Below are positions 13,564 to 23,164 of a stretch of DNA of 28,264 nt, piece by piece. The notes below the pieces were generated by a model. The model was not told the origin of the DNA, made no database searches, and saw only the letters and a program-made list of their open reading frames with translations. The DNA is from Bugula neritina (taxonomy: Eukaryota; Animalia; Bryozoa): the NCBI GenBank assembly GCA_964035545.1, contig CAXIUT010000057.1, forward strand, positions 283,675 to 311,938, in the 5' to 3' direction. Numbering within the stretch: the stretch's first letter is position 1; every line of letters starts with the position of its first letter. Position numbers and translations under genes: made by a program.

Positions 13564-14326
13564 TCAATCATATAGTTGATAGGACGTTATTATGGCAGAT
13601 AATAAACCTCCCAATCCACACCAACTATCATTCGCTGTAAACCCTAAAACGTTCTGAAAGAATTATGAACCTTGACCTGCTGGTATTATGTCTCCTAACA
13701 CCTTTATGATGTTTAATACGATTAAGTTTCTCTTTAAAAGAATTGCTTTTATATCTTTTTTTCGTTATTTTCCTTAGCTTTAACTAGAAGAAGCATAGTA
13801 AATGCTAAATTTAAGAATTAATACCTTTTTAGTTGGTTTGTTTTGCTAATATTAGCTAAAAGAGTTCGAATAAGGAGAACTAAATTGATTACAAGGGCAA
13901 TTAACCAGAAAGTAGATCCTATTTTGCCCATTCTTTTAGGATCATAAGTCAATATCTTAATTTTTGATAGGATATTGAGGTTATCAAAAATCCAGTAGAG
14001 TCCAAAGAAGGTTCTGACTCCAATGTTTAAGATATTATCAGTACTGGGAGATTGAAGTAGTAGATCTTTGACTTTTTTAGCTTAATTGATGGTTTTGAAT
14101 AACCTGAAGAGTTTTCTTGCATCTCTCATATGTGCTAAATGAAATATGATTTACAGAAGAGAGCTTAAAACTTTTTAGCAGTTTATTTGTTTCCATTTTA
14201 GGCTAATCTGTGTTTAAGAAACCTGCAGGAATATTGAATAGCTTTACAAAATTTATCTCTTCCATCTATATTAGTCATCATTTTACCTGTTTTATCTATC
14301 CATTTGACTGTTCGTTCAAGATTCAT
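13564..14326 (-). CDS. PEX11: Peroxisomal membrane protein Pex11
   Basis: Motifs DGRDKFCKAIQYSCRF, ARKLFRLFKTI, YWIFDNL, IKVLGDIIPA, CGLGGLLSAII. Two 20-nt introns; 240 aa. Confidence 0.9.
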
Positions 14327-14462
14327 GCCTAATATGATTAATATACAATAATTTATGACATCATAATTGATTTATTAATCAAATATACTAAACAGTTATT
14401 CTCTAAATCAAAAAACAACAACAAATCTTCATTAAATTATCTTCATACTATATTATTTTTAT

Positions 14463-15263
14463 ATGGCATATGTTTAAGGCGGTTTTGCTTATAATTCTTT
14501 AGGGGTTGGGGTTGGGGTTGGGGTTGGGGTTGGGGTTGGGGTTGGGGTTGGGGTTGGGGTTGGGGTTGGGGTTGGGGTTGGGGTTGGGCCATTGCTGTCA
14601 ATTGACATACCACCATAGGAGGCTATTGCGCGTCTGTTTCTTTATACTAGAAGTGATGTCTATCGAGGCTAGTTGTATAAAGGAGATATCAATCATCAAC
14701 TTACTTGGAGTGAACAATCTTATCAGACTTTGAGAGATGCGCTTGGAGGGAAGAAGAGCGGGATTGATATTCGGTTTAATGAGTAGAATAGAAATATTTG
14801 TTTGGTTTGTTAAGTGGAAAGTGGTATTAGAGTGGTATTTTTTGAGATCAAGTTAGAGTTGCTACCGTAAATGAAGAGTATTTAGCATATGAAAAATGTT
14901 TGTTTGGCTTATAGAGAGATGTATCTTTAGCAGGAAGGAAGAATCAAACAAGAAAAAGAAAAAATAGTTGCATAAACTAAATAAATATAGGCTTTGGCTA
15001 AACAAATAGAAGAACAGAGTCAAATTGAAGTGGGAAATCTCAAGAAAGGGTTCGTGGATGTGGTTAACGAGTGTAAGAAACAATTGAGAAAACATATGGG
15101 AACTGGTTTGAATGAAATTGTTGAAGAAGATTAGGGGTAGACTTAAACTAGGAGAAGGACTATTGTTAGGGTGAATAGATAGAAATTGTAGCAGCTTCAG
15201 AGTAAAAGTGAAGTGATGGAAATAGAAAAAGCGCAATCTGGATTTTAATAGTTATTTTAGTGA
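14463..15263 (+). CDS. XRCC4: XRCC4-like NHEJ protein, interrupted in frame by a telomeric tract
   Basis: One TGA-free frame: MAYVEGGFAYNSL(GV)14G-PLLSIDIPPEEAIARLFLYTRSDVYRGEL... It has a beta-rich head and then a coiled coil containing NLKKGFVDVVNECKKQLRKH, which resembles the Ligase IV-binding helix of human XRCC4 ([21 protein letters not shown]). Recognised by eye. Confidence 0.68.
14502..14588 (+). repeat. Interstitial telomeric tract 1, (GGGGTT)14GGG
   Basis: 87 nt of perfect repeat, flanked by TTCTTTA and CCATTG. There is no opposing C4A2 tract. Confidence 0.97.
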
Positions 15264-15352
15264 TAATTTTGAATTATTTAATGATAGTTTTTGAGTTATT
15301 TAATGATAGTTTTTGAGTTATTTAATGATAGTTTTTGAGTTATTTAATGATA
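15252..15352 (+). repeat. 22-bp tandem repeat TTATTTAATGATAGTTTTTGAG
   Basis: Exact copies start at 15274, 15296 and 15318, with a partial copy at 15340. A degenerate copy at 15252-15273 contains the stop codon of the XRCC4-like gene. Confidence 0.92.
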
Positions 15353-15398
15353 TTATTTAAGTTGATATTTGTGATTGATAGTAATTTTCCTTAAAATA

Positions 15399-16022
15399 TC
15401 AAAAGCAGAGGGTTTATATGATGGTATGTCTTTGATCTTGTAGTCGATTTCTTCTTCTAATAATTTATTTTAACCTTCCTATTTATTAACATTGTTCTCT
15501 CATAAATTTCTATCCTTGTTCTGTTTTCTCTTTCCAGACAAAGAGTTAAACTTCCATTTATTTGAGAGCAGTTTAATGTTGTATTTTCATTTATTTCATT
15601 ATTATTTATACCTAATCGCAATGAGTATTTTAGCTTTTGAGTTAATCTTCTTCAGGAATGTTGGAAAGAAGCAAGGGATCATTTTGTTATTCTTGTAGTA
15701 GTTGTATTTGATTTTTATAGATGTTTATTTGTTTTGATAGTTGTTCTTTTTAGTCGAATAGATCATCATTTTAAGATTGTATTTGAACTACTTTTTTCTT
15801 TAATGTCAAATATTTGTCTTTGAGGATTTGTAGCTCTCGAATGAAGGGGTTAGACGAATCTAAGTCCATAGAATATTTAGAAGTTGTATGCAATTTGTTG
15901 AGTTATGTCAGTTGTGAGTACAGAATAAGACAATTTTGGCAGCTATTTTTACTAATGCCTTGAAGAGGTGATGTATTTTACTGTGTTTGTAGTTGTTTTC
16001 CGAAGAGAATAGTTTTCTACAT
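15399..16022 (-). CDS. Hypothetical coiled-coil protein
   Basis: Intronless 207-aa ORF MEKTILFGKQ...SCQNCLILYSQL...ELFVWKEKTEQGEKFMREQC, ending at TGA. Confidence 0.75.
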
Positions 16023-16085
16023 AGAATCAAAATTTAAATATACAATCCTAAATAGACCAATATTAACAAGTAAATATAGAAACAA

Positions 16086-16682
16086 TCATCGTTCCTTATT
16101 ATTTTAGTAGACAAGAGTTTTATTATTTTAGTAGATAAGTGAGGAACCCATGCTTTACTGCATTGTATCCCATTTGTCAAAATTCCATTTGCTCACTTAT
16201 CTTTCAGTTCTGTTCCTGCTTTTACAAGAACTAGTGTTGTTTGCTCTTTGTATTGAAGGTATTCTTTTGGCTGTTGATATTCTTGTGCTCATTGGGGTGA
16301 TGGGTTTGCTTTTGTAGGGTTATTGGAGGTGGTAGGGCTTGAAGTTGGAGATTATGGGGGCTTATTTCAAGAAATCAAAGAGTTCGTGGAAGGTTTTTTA
16401 GGTATTTTATTTTTTCTATCTGACTGGATATTTTTGGGAAATTACTCTTTTACCTTTTTGGGTCATTGATCTTGATTGCATCTAACTATTTCTGGGTGGG
16501 TTTTATTTATTGTGGTGATGGGGTGTTAGATGGTCTTTTTTTGATAATCTATCAAAGAAGATTTGTGTTAGTTTTTTGATGGCAGGAGGTTGTCCTCCTT
16601 TGTGTCGATCCAGAAGCATTCTTAATTTGAAAGGAGTGGTATGATTGATTCTTAATTCCTTGACAGAATATTTGGAATACAT
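16086..16682 (-). CDS. Hypothetical basic protein
   Basis: Intronless 198-aa ORF MYSKYSVKELRINHTTPFKLRMLLDRH..., with a short duplicated YENNK at the C-terminus. Confidence 0.65.
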
Positions 16683-16822
16683 ATATAGAATATTCGATCA
16701 CTACTATCAATCTTATTATCTAGTCATTATCATCCTAACATTAAATAAAAGATAATAGCATTTAGATAAAAGATAAAAGTGATGATTTAGTGATATAAAT
16801 ATTGGATAGTTAAAAAACTGGA

Positions 16823-18516
16823 TCAAGAGGGTCGGTAGTAGCTTTTGGCTCTGACTGAATTATAGTTGGAAGGGGAGACGCTTCGTCCGACATACCTTCT
16901 TTCGAAAGATGATTATAATTTGGATACTCCTTTGCTTTTACGAGTTTATGCCATCCGATCAGCAGTACTAGGTTTTAATTAGCAGTGATTTTGATAATAG
17001 CTTTATAGTCCTTCTAAAGCTATCATGACAACAGTAATGTTATCTAATGTCTTCTTATTAAATGCCAATTTCATTATATTTTCCACTGCTCTTGCACAAA
17101 ATTAGTGTAAACTACTAAATGCTCCCTTATCTCGCTTGAATGTGTCCCAGACTATATCCACCACATCTGAATTGTTTAGCTTATCGTAAATACCATCACC
17201 TTTATTATCTATATATTTACATCCTAAAATTATAAAGTCGTCTTCTTCGGCAATAGTGACGCTAAATATTTAAGCCTGGCACACTATTCCTCTGGGATTG
17301 CCACCGAATTATGGATACTTGGCCTAGATGTCGCCAAAGGTTCGGGTGACTGATAATCTACCAGGAAATGCACGATGTGGACCCAAAATAGATGTATGCT
17401 CTTCTCCTTAGTAAAATATCTTCAAATTAGGATTCGCATTACGAATCTTTGTTCTAGAATCAGATCAATAATACTGGTATATCCTTCCACCTGCATCTAT
17501 TATTCTTTTTTGCTAAAATTCATCACTAGCTTTATGATCCATCGATAGATCTTTTACTAGCTGTCCTCGCTTGGAACTCATAATAGCTCGACTGTCGCCC
17601 ACGTTTGCTATGAAGCACTAGCGGCCGTAGAAGAAGGTCACCAAGGCGCATGAACCAGAACGATCCATCTTTCCAGTGTATGATTGGTCTAGATATAATT
17701 TTTAACATTTCTAGAAACCTGATCTTATAGCTTCTTCCATCTTCTGAGGAAAACTATACTCAAAGAATTCGTACTTGCGGTCTTTGTGGACGAAGGTGTG
17801 AAGTTTGTCTCTCAGGAAATCAGCGCATTGCATTCCTCCGTGCCCATCGAATACTCCAAAATAGGCAGGTTTTTTCCATTCCTGTACATGTTCCGGTTTG
17901 GTAAAGTTAAGTATGATGGCGACTCGATCTTAGTTGTACTATCTTGATAGATGCGGATGTACCTGACGGGGCCTTGGTTGGTCGATGCTGAGTAGGCTCT
18001 GATGGTTCCGTGTGAATTTTTAGAGAACTTGGCCTATTCAAAGTTGGAGATGGTGGCCATGACTTTGGGGAGAGGGGGGTGGGTATTTTACTGTATTTTG
18101 ACGCATCTTTATTCTAGTTTGAAGTTTTTGGGTTGAATGAAGACCTCTTACCTGATTATTTCATCTGTTTGCTTGATAGGACTTTTAGATTTAGATCTGG
18201 GTTGGTATTCGTATGCATTGTTTTTAACTGCTGAATTTTTAGTCAGTTCTAATCTTTTGTTCGAGTGATAGTATGTCTTTTTATCTTGGTTTTATTTGCT
18301 ATGAAAGTAAGGTGCTCCTTCTTGCGCGTGCTTTGTGGTGGCTGGTTTGGATAGCTTGACTTTGGAAGAGGAGTCTGGTTTGAGAGTCATTCCTGATCTA
18401 AGACTGGCAAAGACAGGAGATATTTTAGGCGAGTACTTGCTAGATTTGGGTGTGAGGTCTTTATGTCCATGATCATCTAATTTGGGTCTGTAGCTTCCGA
18501 ATCGATTAGTCGACAT
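16823..18516 (-). CDS. Protein phosphatase 2C (PPM family) with a low-complexity N-terminal extension
   Basis: Motifs YN(TAA=E)DRV, GVFDGHGG, ANVGDSRA, DHK, GRLSVTRTFGD, ILGCDGIYD, DNITVV. Four introns (20, 21, 21, 21 nt). Confidence 0.93.
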
Positions 18517-18703
18517 TTGAACTTGTTATAACTATTATCGACAACATCTTCATTAAATAGAATTACCAACCTATAAAAACCACTAATCGATTTACTATTA
18601 TCCTTATTATCAAGGATATATGACCAAAATCTACAGATATATAGATAGATATTAATTCTAATTATAAAACAAGGTATAATTCATAATAATATTCTCTATT
18701 TCT

Positions 18704-19213
18704 ATGACTGAAACAATCAAAATCTACCACAACTAAAATCCTCGTCTGGGCTTTATTCTCCCATAAACTACTATACCTAACTTCTATCTAGATTAAACAT
18801 CTCTATCATCCCTTATCAGCCATATCAACCAACAATTTCTTATCTGTTCTAACAAACAATCACAATGTCTTCTTTCTGGTTCCATTGACCCTACTAACAA
18901 CGTTACAGAAGTATTTTGTCTTTTACTGGTATTGCCGATCATCAAAGCGGTTCTTTTTGGTTGTTATGGGTGGTTAACTTGCTAGTATGTTGTTATATTT
19001 GGTGGGGCGGTCGGGTGGGCGGTCAAACGGTTGGGGTAATGTGGGGAAATAAAAGATAAATTTATTTAGGCTGAGAATTAGCTAAGAGGAAGGTTTTAAA
19101 ATATTTTATAGGATATTAATTCGAGATGCTAGCATATAGAAATTCGATATTAGAAAGGAAAATAAGGAAGATAGAAAGATGGATATCTATAAATAATGAT
19201 CCTAGCAAGTTGA
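18704..19213 (+). CDS. Hypothetical membrane protein with two hydrophobic segments (weakly Erf4/golgin A7-like layout)
   Basis: Intronless 169-aa ORF MTETIKIYHNENPRLGFILP...VFCLLLVLPIIKAVLFGCYGWLTCEYVVIFGGAVGWAV...GYLEIMILAS*. The family hint is weak inference. Confidence 0.7.
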
Positions 19214-19243
19214 ATAATGTTATTTTATTGATTTTATCTGTTA

Positions 19244-19324
19244 GGGGTTGGGGTTGGGGTTGGGGTTGGGGTTGGGGTTGGGGTTGGGGTTGGGGTTGGG
19301 GTTGGGGTTGGGGTTGGGGTTGGG
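19244..19324 (+). repeat. Interstitial telomeric tract 2, (GGGGTT)13GGG
   Basis: 81 nt of perfect repeat, flanked by TCTGTTA and AATAAT. It lies 30 nt after the upstream TGA and 20 nt before the MAK16 ATG. Confidence 0.97.
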
Positions 19325-19344
19325 AATAATAATATTGTTGAAGA

Positions 19345-20049
19345 ATGATAATAGACTAGGTCGTGTGGAATGTCATCAAAAACAAGCATTGCGCATTCAG
19401 AATGAAGTACATTATCTTTTATTGAAGATCATAGTCTCAAAACTTCTGCAAACACTAGTATAATTTAACAGGATTGTGCAACAGAAAATCATGTCCATTG
19501 GCTAATTCTCAATATGCAACCATACGAGAATAGCAAGGCGTATGTTATCTCTATATGAAAACTGCCTAACGTGCCCATCTACCTAATGATCTATGGGAAA
19601 AGGTCAGGCTGAATAAGTCCTATCAGAGGGCTTTGGAGTAAATCGACGAGAATTTGATGTATTGGTCTCCTTTTATTGTGCATAAATGCAAGCAGAGATT
19701 GACTAAGTTGAGACAGATGATAATCCAGATGAGGAAGTTGAAATTGCAGGGGAAGGAGGAATTTGTGGCTGTTAAAAAGAAAGCTGATAAGAGAAATAAA
19801 GTTCGAGAGGCTAAGGCTATGATAGCAGCAAATATAGAAGATAAAATCGAGTAGGAGTTGATGTAGAGACTAAAAACAGGAGTATACAAGGACATCTATA
19901 ATTACAATCCTAAAGTATTTAATAAGTTGGTTGGCCAGGACTAATAGTAGGAGGACTAGATGAGTGAGGCAGAGTAGCCTCATTTTATTCGCGAGTAGGA
20001 CGTGGAATAGTCGATGTTGGAGTAATAAAATGCATATGAAGAATTTTGA
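19345..20049 (+). CDS. MAK16: Ribosome biogenesis protein Mak16
   Basis: Motifs NFCKH(TAG=E)YNLTGLCNRKSCPLANSQYATI, YLYMKTA(TAA=E)RAHLP, HKCKQRLTK, RLKTGVYKDIYNY, then an acidic tail. One 21-nt intron (19407-19427) contains an in-frame TGA. Confidence 0.95.
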
Positions 20050-20071
20050 TTACTGTTAGTTATATAATTTT

Positions 20072-20887
20072 ATGAGTTAGTGTTCATTGGAAATCAAAGT
20101 AGGCGTCACAGGCGCATAGTAAAAGTAAAAATACAAACCTATCGACATACTATTCTAACTGCAGCAGGAGAAGGTAGAGTATGTTGATAATATAGTTGTC
20201 TAAAATTAGTCAGGATTTGTGCACTATGTTGGGTAAGACAGCTTGTCCATTTGTGGTGGTTTAGTATCCGAATACATCGTTTGAGCATGTTGAGTTGTTG
20301 AATTTTAAGTTTAAGGACTATGATAGCGGATATCATAGTTATCATGGTCGGGGATATGTATATGGGAATCCTAAGAATAAGGATACTATCAAGTTGATAA
20401 AAAATTTATAGAAAGAATTCCAAAAAATAACTAAACTCAAAAACAACCTTAATCTCAAATTAAACCTTTACGATCCAGAGCAACCTAAATAGGGACTATC
20501 GGTATTAAACCAATGCAAATTAAAGGTCAATGGGCAAACGGATCAATAGTTAGTTGGATCTCTTGTGTAGATTATCAGAAGAGTGAGTCAGTAATTTTTG
20601 AATTCTCCTGTTATGGCTTTTATGGAATTGTTTTAGCATCTTAATTGTAAAGTAGAGTATTTGTTGTTTAATATAGATTGGATTGTGTTGAAGATTTTCC
20701 ATAAGAGTTAAAGAGTTGGCTATCTGACACTTTCAATCTTAAAGAATGGATAAATCGGTAGCATTTATCTTAGTTAAAAACAAAAGGTGAGATAGTTATT
20801 TACATAACGCTGCCAAAACTACTATCGATCAAGATTCGTGGGTAGTCATTGGTTTTGGGATCGCTATTGAATGGATTGACGAGTTGA
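20072..20887 (+). CDS. Hypothetical protein
   Basis: About 257 aa if two introns are removed (GTAGAGTATGTTGATAATATAG, 22 nt; GTATTTGTTGTTTAATATAG, 20 nt). There is no homology support, so the exon model is tentative. Confidence 0.6.
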
Positions 20888-20985
20888 GGGGTTATTTTGA
20901 AATGATGTGTATGTTTAAGATAATAGCAATAAAATAAATATCTTGCGCAAATCAATTACAATATTTTTATTACTAAAACGAAGAG

Positions 20986-21435
20986 ATGAGTGTTCGGGCA
21001 CATCTTAGGGCTTCTCAAATAGATTCAGGCAGGAGTACTCCATCGAAGAAGAGTAAAAAGCAAACTAGCAATGCTAAAAATAACAAAATAAAAGTATAAA
21101 AATTGAGTCAAGCTTTCTATAGTAAAACTCCATCTTCTTCAACCTCCAAAATTGTTTTTTACGATCAATTCTAATCAACTAAATAAGATATAGAAGGCGC
21201 AGTTACTTCAAGATTTTAGGCAGTTGAGACTAGTGGAGATCGGTTGACTAGTTGTCGCAAGGTGGACGACTTGATGGGTCGAGTTGTTGGAGAGGGCAAG
21301 AAGGGAGAATAGAAGAAGTTAGGAGATGGTAGAAATCTAAAGAAATAGAAGAAAGGAAATAAGATGTTGAAACGGCTGAATTAGTCGGTAGGACTTTCTT
21401 TGAAAATAAGATAGTCAAAGGATAGTAAAAGATGA
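20986..21435 (+). CDS. Hypothetical Lys/Ser-rich protein
   Basis: Intronless 149-aa ORF MSVRAHLRASQIDSGRSTPSKK...KDSKR*, flanked by AT-rich spacers. Confidence 0.68.
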
Positions 21436-21634
21436 TTTTCAATATCCTCTAATAATGTTGTAAATTTAACTTTTATCAAAAAATAATATTTTACTAAAAA
21501 TAAAATAAAATCATTCCTTTTTATCATGTATATCAATATGATTTTAACATGATTAGTTGCTAAACTATGAAGTTCTATGATAAACATGTAAATGTTATTG
21601 AGTTGATATCATATAAATATTGCAAAAAATAGTT

Positions 21635-22241
21635 ATGAACAACTTCATAAACTTCGCCCGTAAGTACTAACGTGGTCGTCTTTAACGAGCAATAGTCAGC
21701 CAAGCTAACAAACTTCACCCCAATCTAGAACAGTATATCTCTGTACATCGTTTTCCCATTCTTCCCAAAATAGTCGTCTACTCTGCCGCATCCCAATCGG
21801 ATTCCTTCATCAATAAGTACTCTTCATTCTAATAAGAATATTTCCTTTTTACCATTTGATGACTCCATCACTAACTGCCTAGTCAGATGAGGTTATCAGT
21901 CGAAGAATAGCTGACTAGTTGACTTTGGTCAAGGAGTAGGATGAGGGGGAGAGCAAGCAGATAGGGTATATATTGAAGGGATTTCCATTTAATGTGAATC
22001 AGGCTTTGCAGTTAGATCGATATCTAAATGGAGTCAATCTTGCTCTTCATTTGAAGACTGGATAGTAGAGTCAAGATTATTTGAATTCTATTCAATCTTT
22101 GTTGAAGTACTACGACTAGAGAGTATGTTTGGTTATAGATAGGGTACTTTGCTTGAGTTGAATCATAGTCGAGAACCTTTGTTCGAGTAGGTATAAACTG
22201 CTATGTAAGAAATCAGAATTAAAATCAAGAGGACTTTCTGA
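21635..22241 (+). CDS. Adenylate kinase-like protein, probably catalytically inactive
   Basis: GYILKGFPFNVNQALQLD and LLKYYDERGTLLELN match the AK core and C-terminal motifs, but there is no P-loop. Two 20-nt introns; 188 aa. Confidence 0.75.
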
Positions 22242-22327
22242 TTATGAGATCAATATTCATTTTATATTATTTTTATGATATTTTGTTGTAATATTTGTTT
22301 TTATCTGAATATCATATTTTATTCCAA

Positions 22328-23139
22328 ATGTAGTACTCTGCTAAAAACGGTAAAGATAGATATTTGAAACGTAGATCATCAAAATCTCCAATCATAAAAC
22401 ACAAAATAAAGTAGCTTTAGGAAAAACATAAGAAACAGAGATAAAATCTAAATATAATGCCTTCACCTCCGCTGCCATTATCTCATAAAAATAGTTAAAA
22501 AAGCAACCAAAATAAAAACTAAAATATTCCTAGAACCAATTCTAATCGTTTGAAGATAAAAAGTTAGTCAAAAAAAGAAAAGGTAGTTCATCCAAAAATT
22601 CACCAGAAGGTTAAAAACAAATAAATAGATTAAAAAATTAGTCAAATAATATCAGATATCAAACAGTTAACCATGTGGAACAAGATTAGACCTAAATACC
22701 TTTATTTTCATATGAAAAGCCAATAAAAATAAATAGATATCAAAATTAGTTGGCAAATAATTATTCATAAGATGAGTAGACCAATTTGAAGTTACTGAGG
22801 TAGTAAAATAAAAAATATCGTAAGATATACAGTAAATCAATATAAAAATTACACTAACTTTAGCATAAGTTGCAGTAGATGCGGTAGTCACATGCGTAGT
22901 AGAAAAGGAAATTAGAGGATACATATAAGGGGTTATAATAGAAATGTGAGACTAAGCCTACGTTGGTGCATATATATACATTTGATAAGGATAAAAAGTT
23001 TTTGAAGATCCAAGATCCGGTTATCACTTAAACTGACAACTAGGGTTCGTCTTTGCAGCCGTCGCATTGCAAACCTGAGCGGCAGCGATCGCAGGAGTAT
23101 AGGTAGTATAGTGGGTTGTCAATATAGTCAAAGAGGTGA
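22328..23139 (+). CDS. Hypothetical coiled-coil protein
   Basis: Long TGA-free frame ending at TGA 23137-23139. It is joined to ATG 22328 by a putative 23-nt intron (22333-22355); the 5' structure is tentative. Confidence 0.62.
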
Positions 23140-23164
23140 TAATAAATAGATAAAAAATGATTTT

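Noticed and set aside
14482-14502. Possible 21-nt intron GTTTTG...TTTAG ending at the first G of tract 1
   Set aside because: Its GTT donor differs from the GTA of every other intron here, it is frame-neutral, and it would not remove the tract. It cannot be supported without RNA data.
14506-14733. Track ORFs with GLGLGL or WGWGWG runs (also 19126-19329 and 19248-19463)
   Set aside because: These are standard-code read-throughs of the telomeric tracts in the wrong frames. The frame continuous with the XRCC4-like gene is the GV frame from ATG 14463.
14502-19324. The segment between the two internal tracts as a telomere-bearing transposon
   Set aside because: The tracts are direct rather than inverted, I see no target-site duplication beyond GGG, and the enclosed genes (XRCC4-like, PP2C, hypotheticals) include no transposase or reverse transcriptase.
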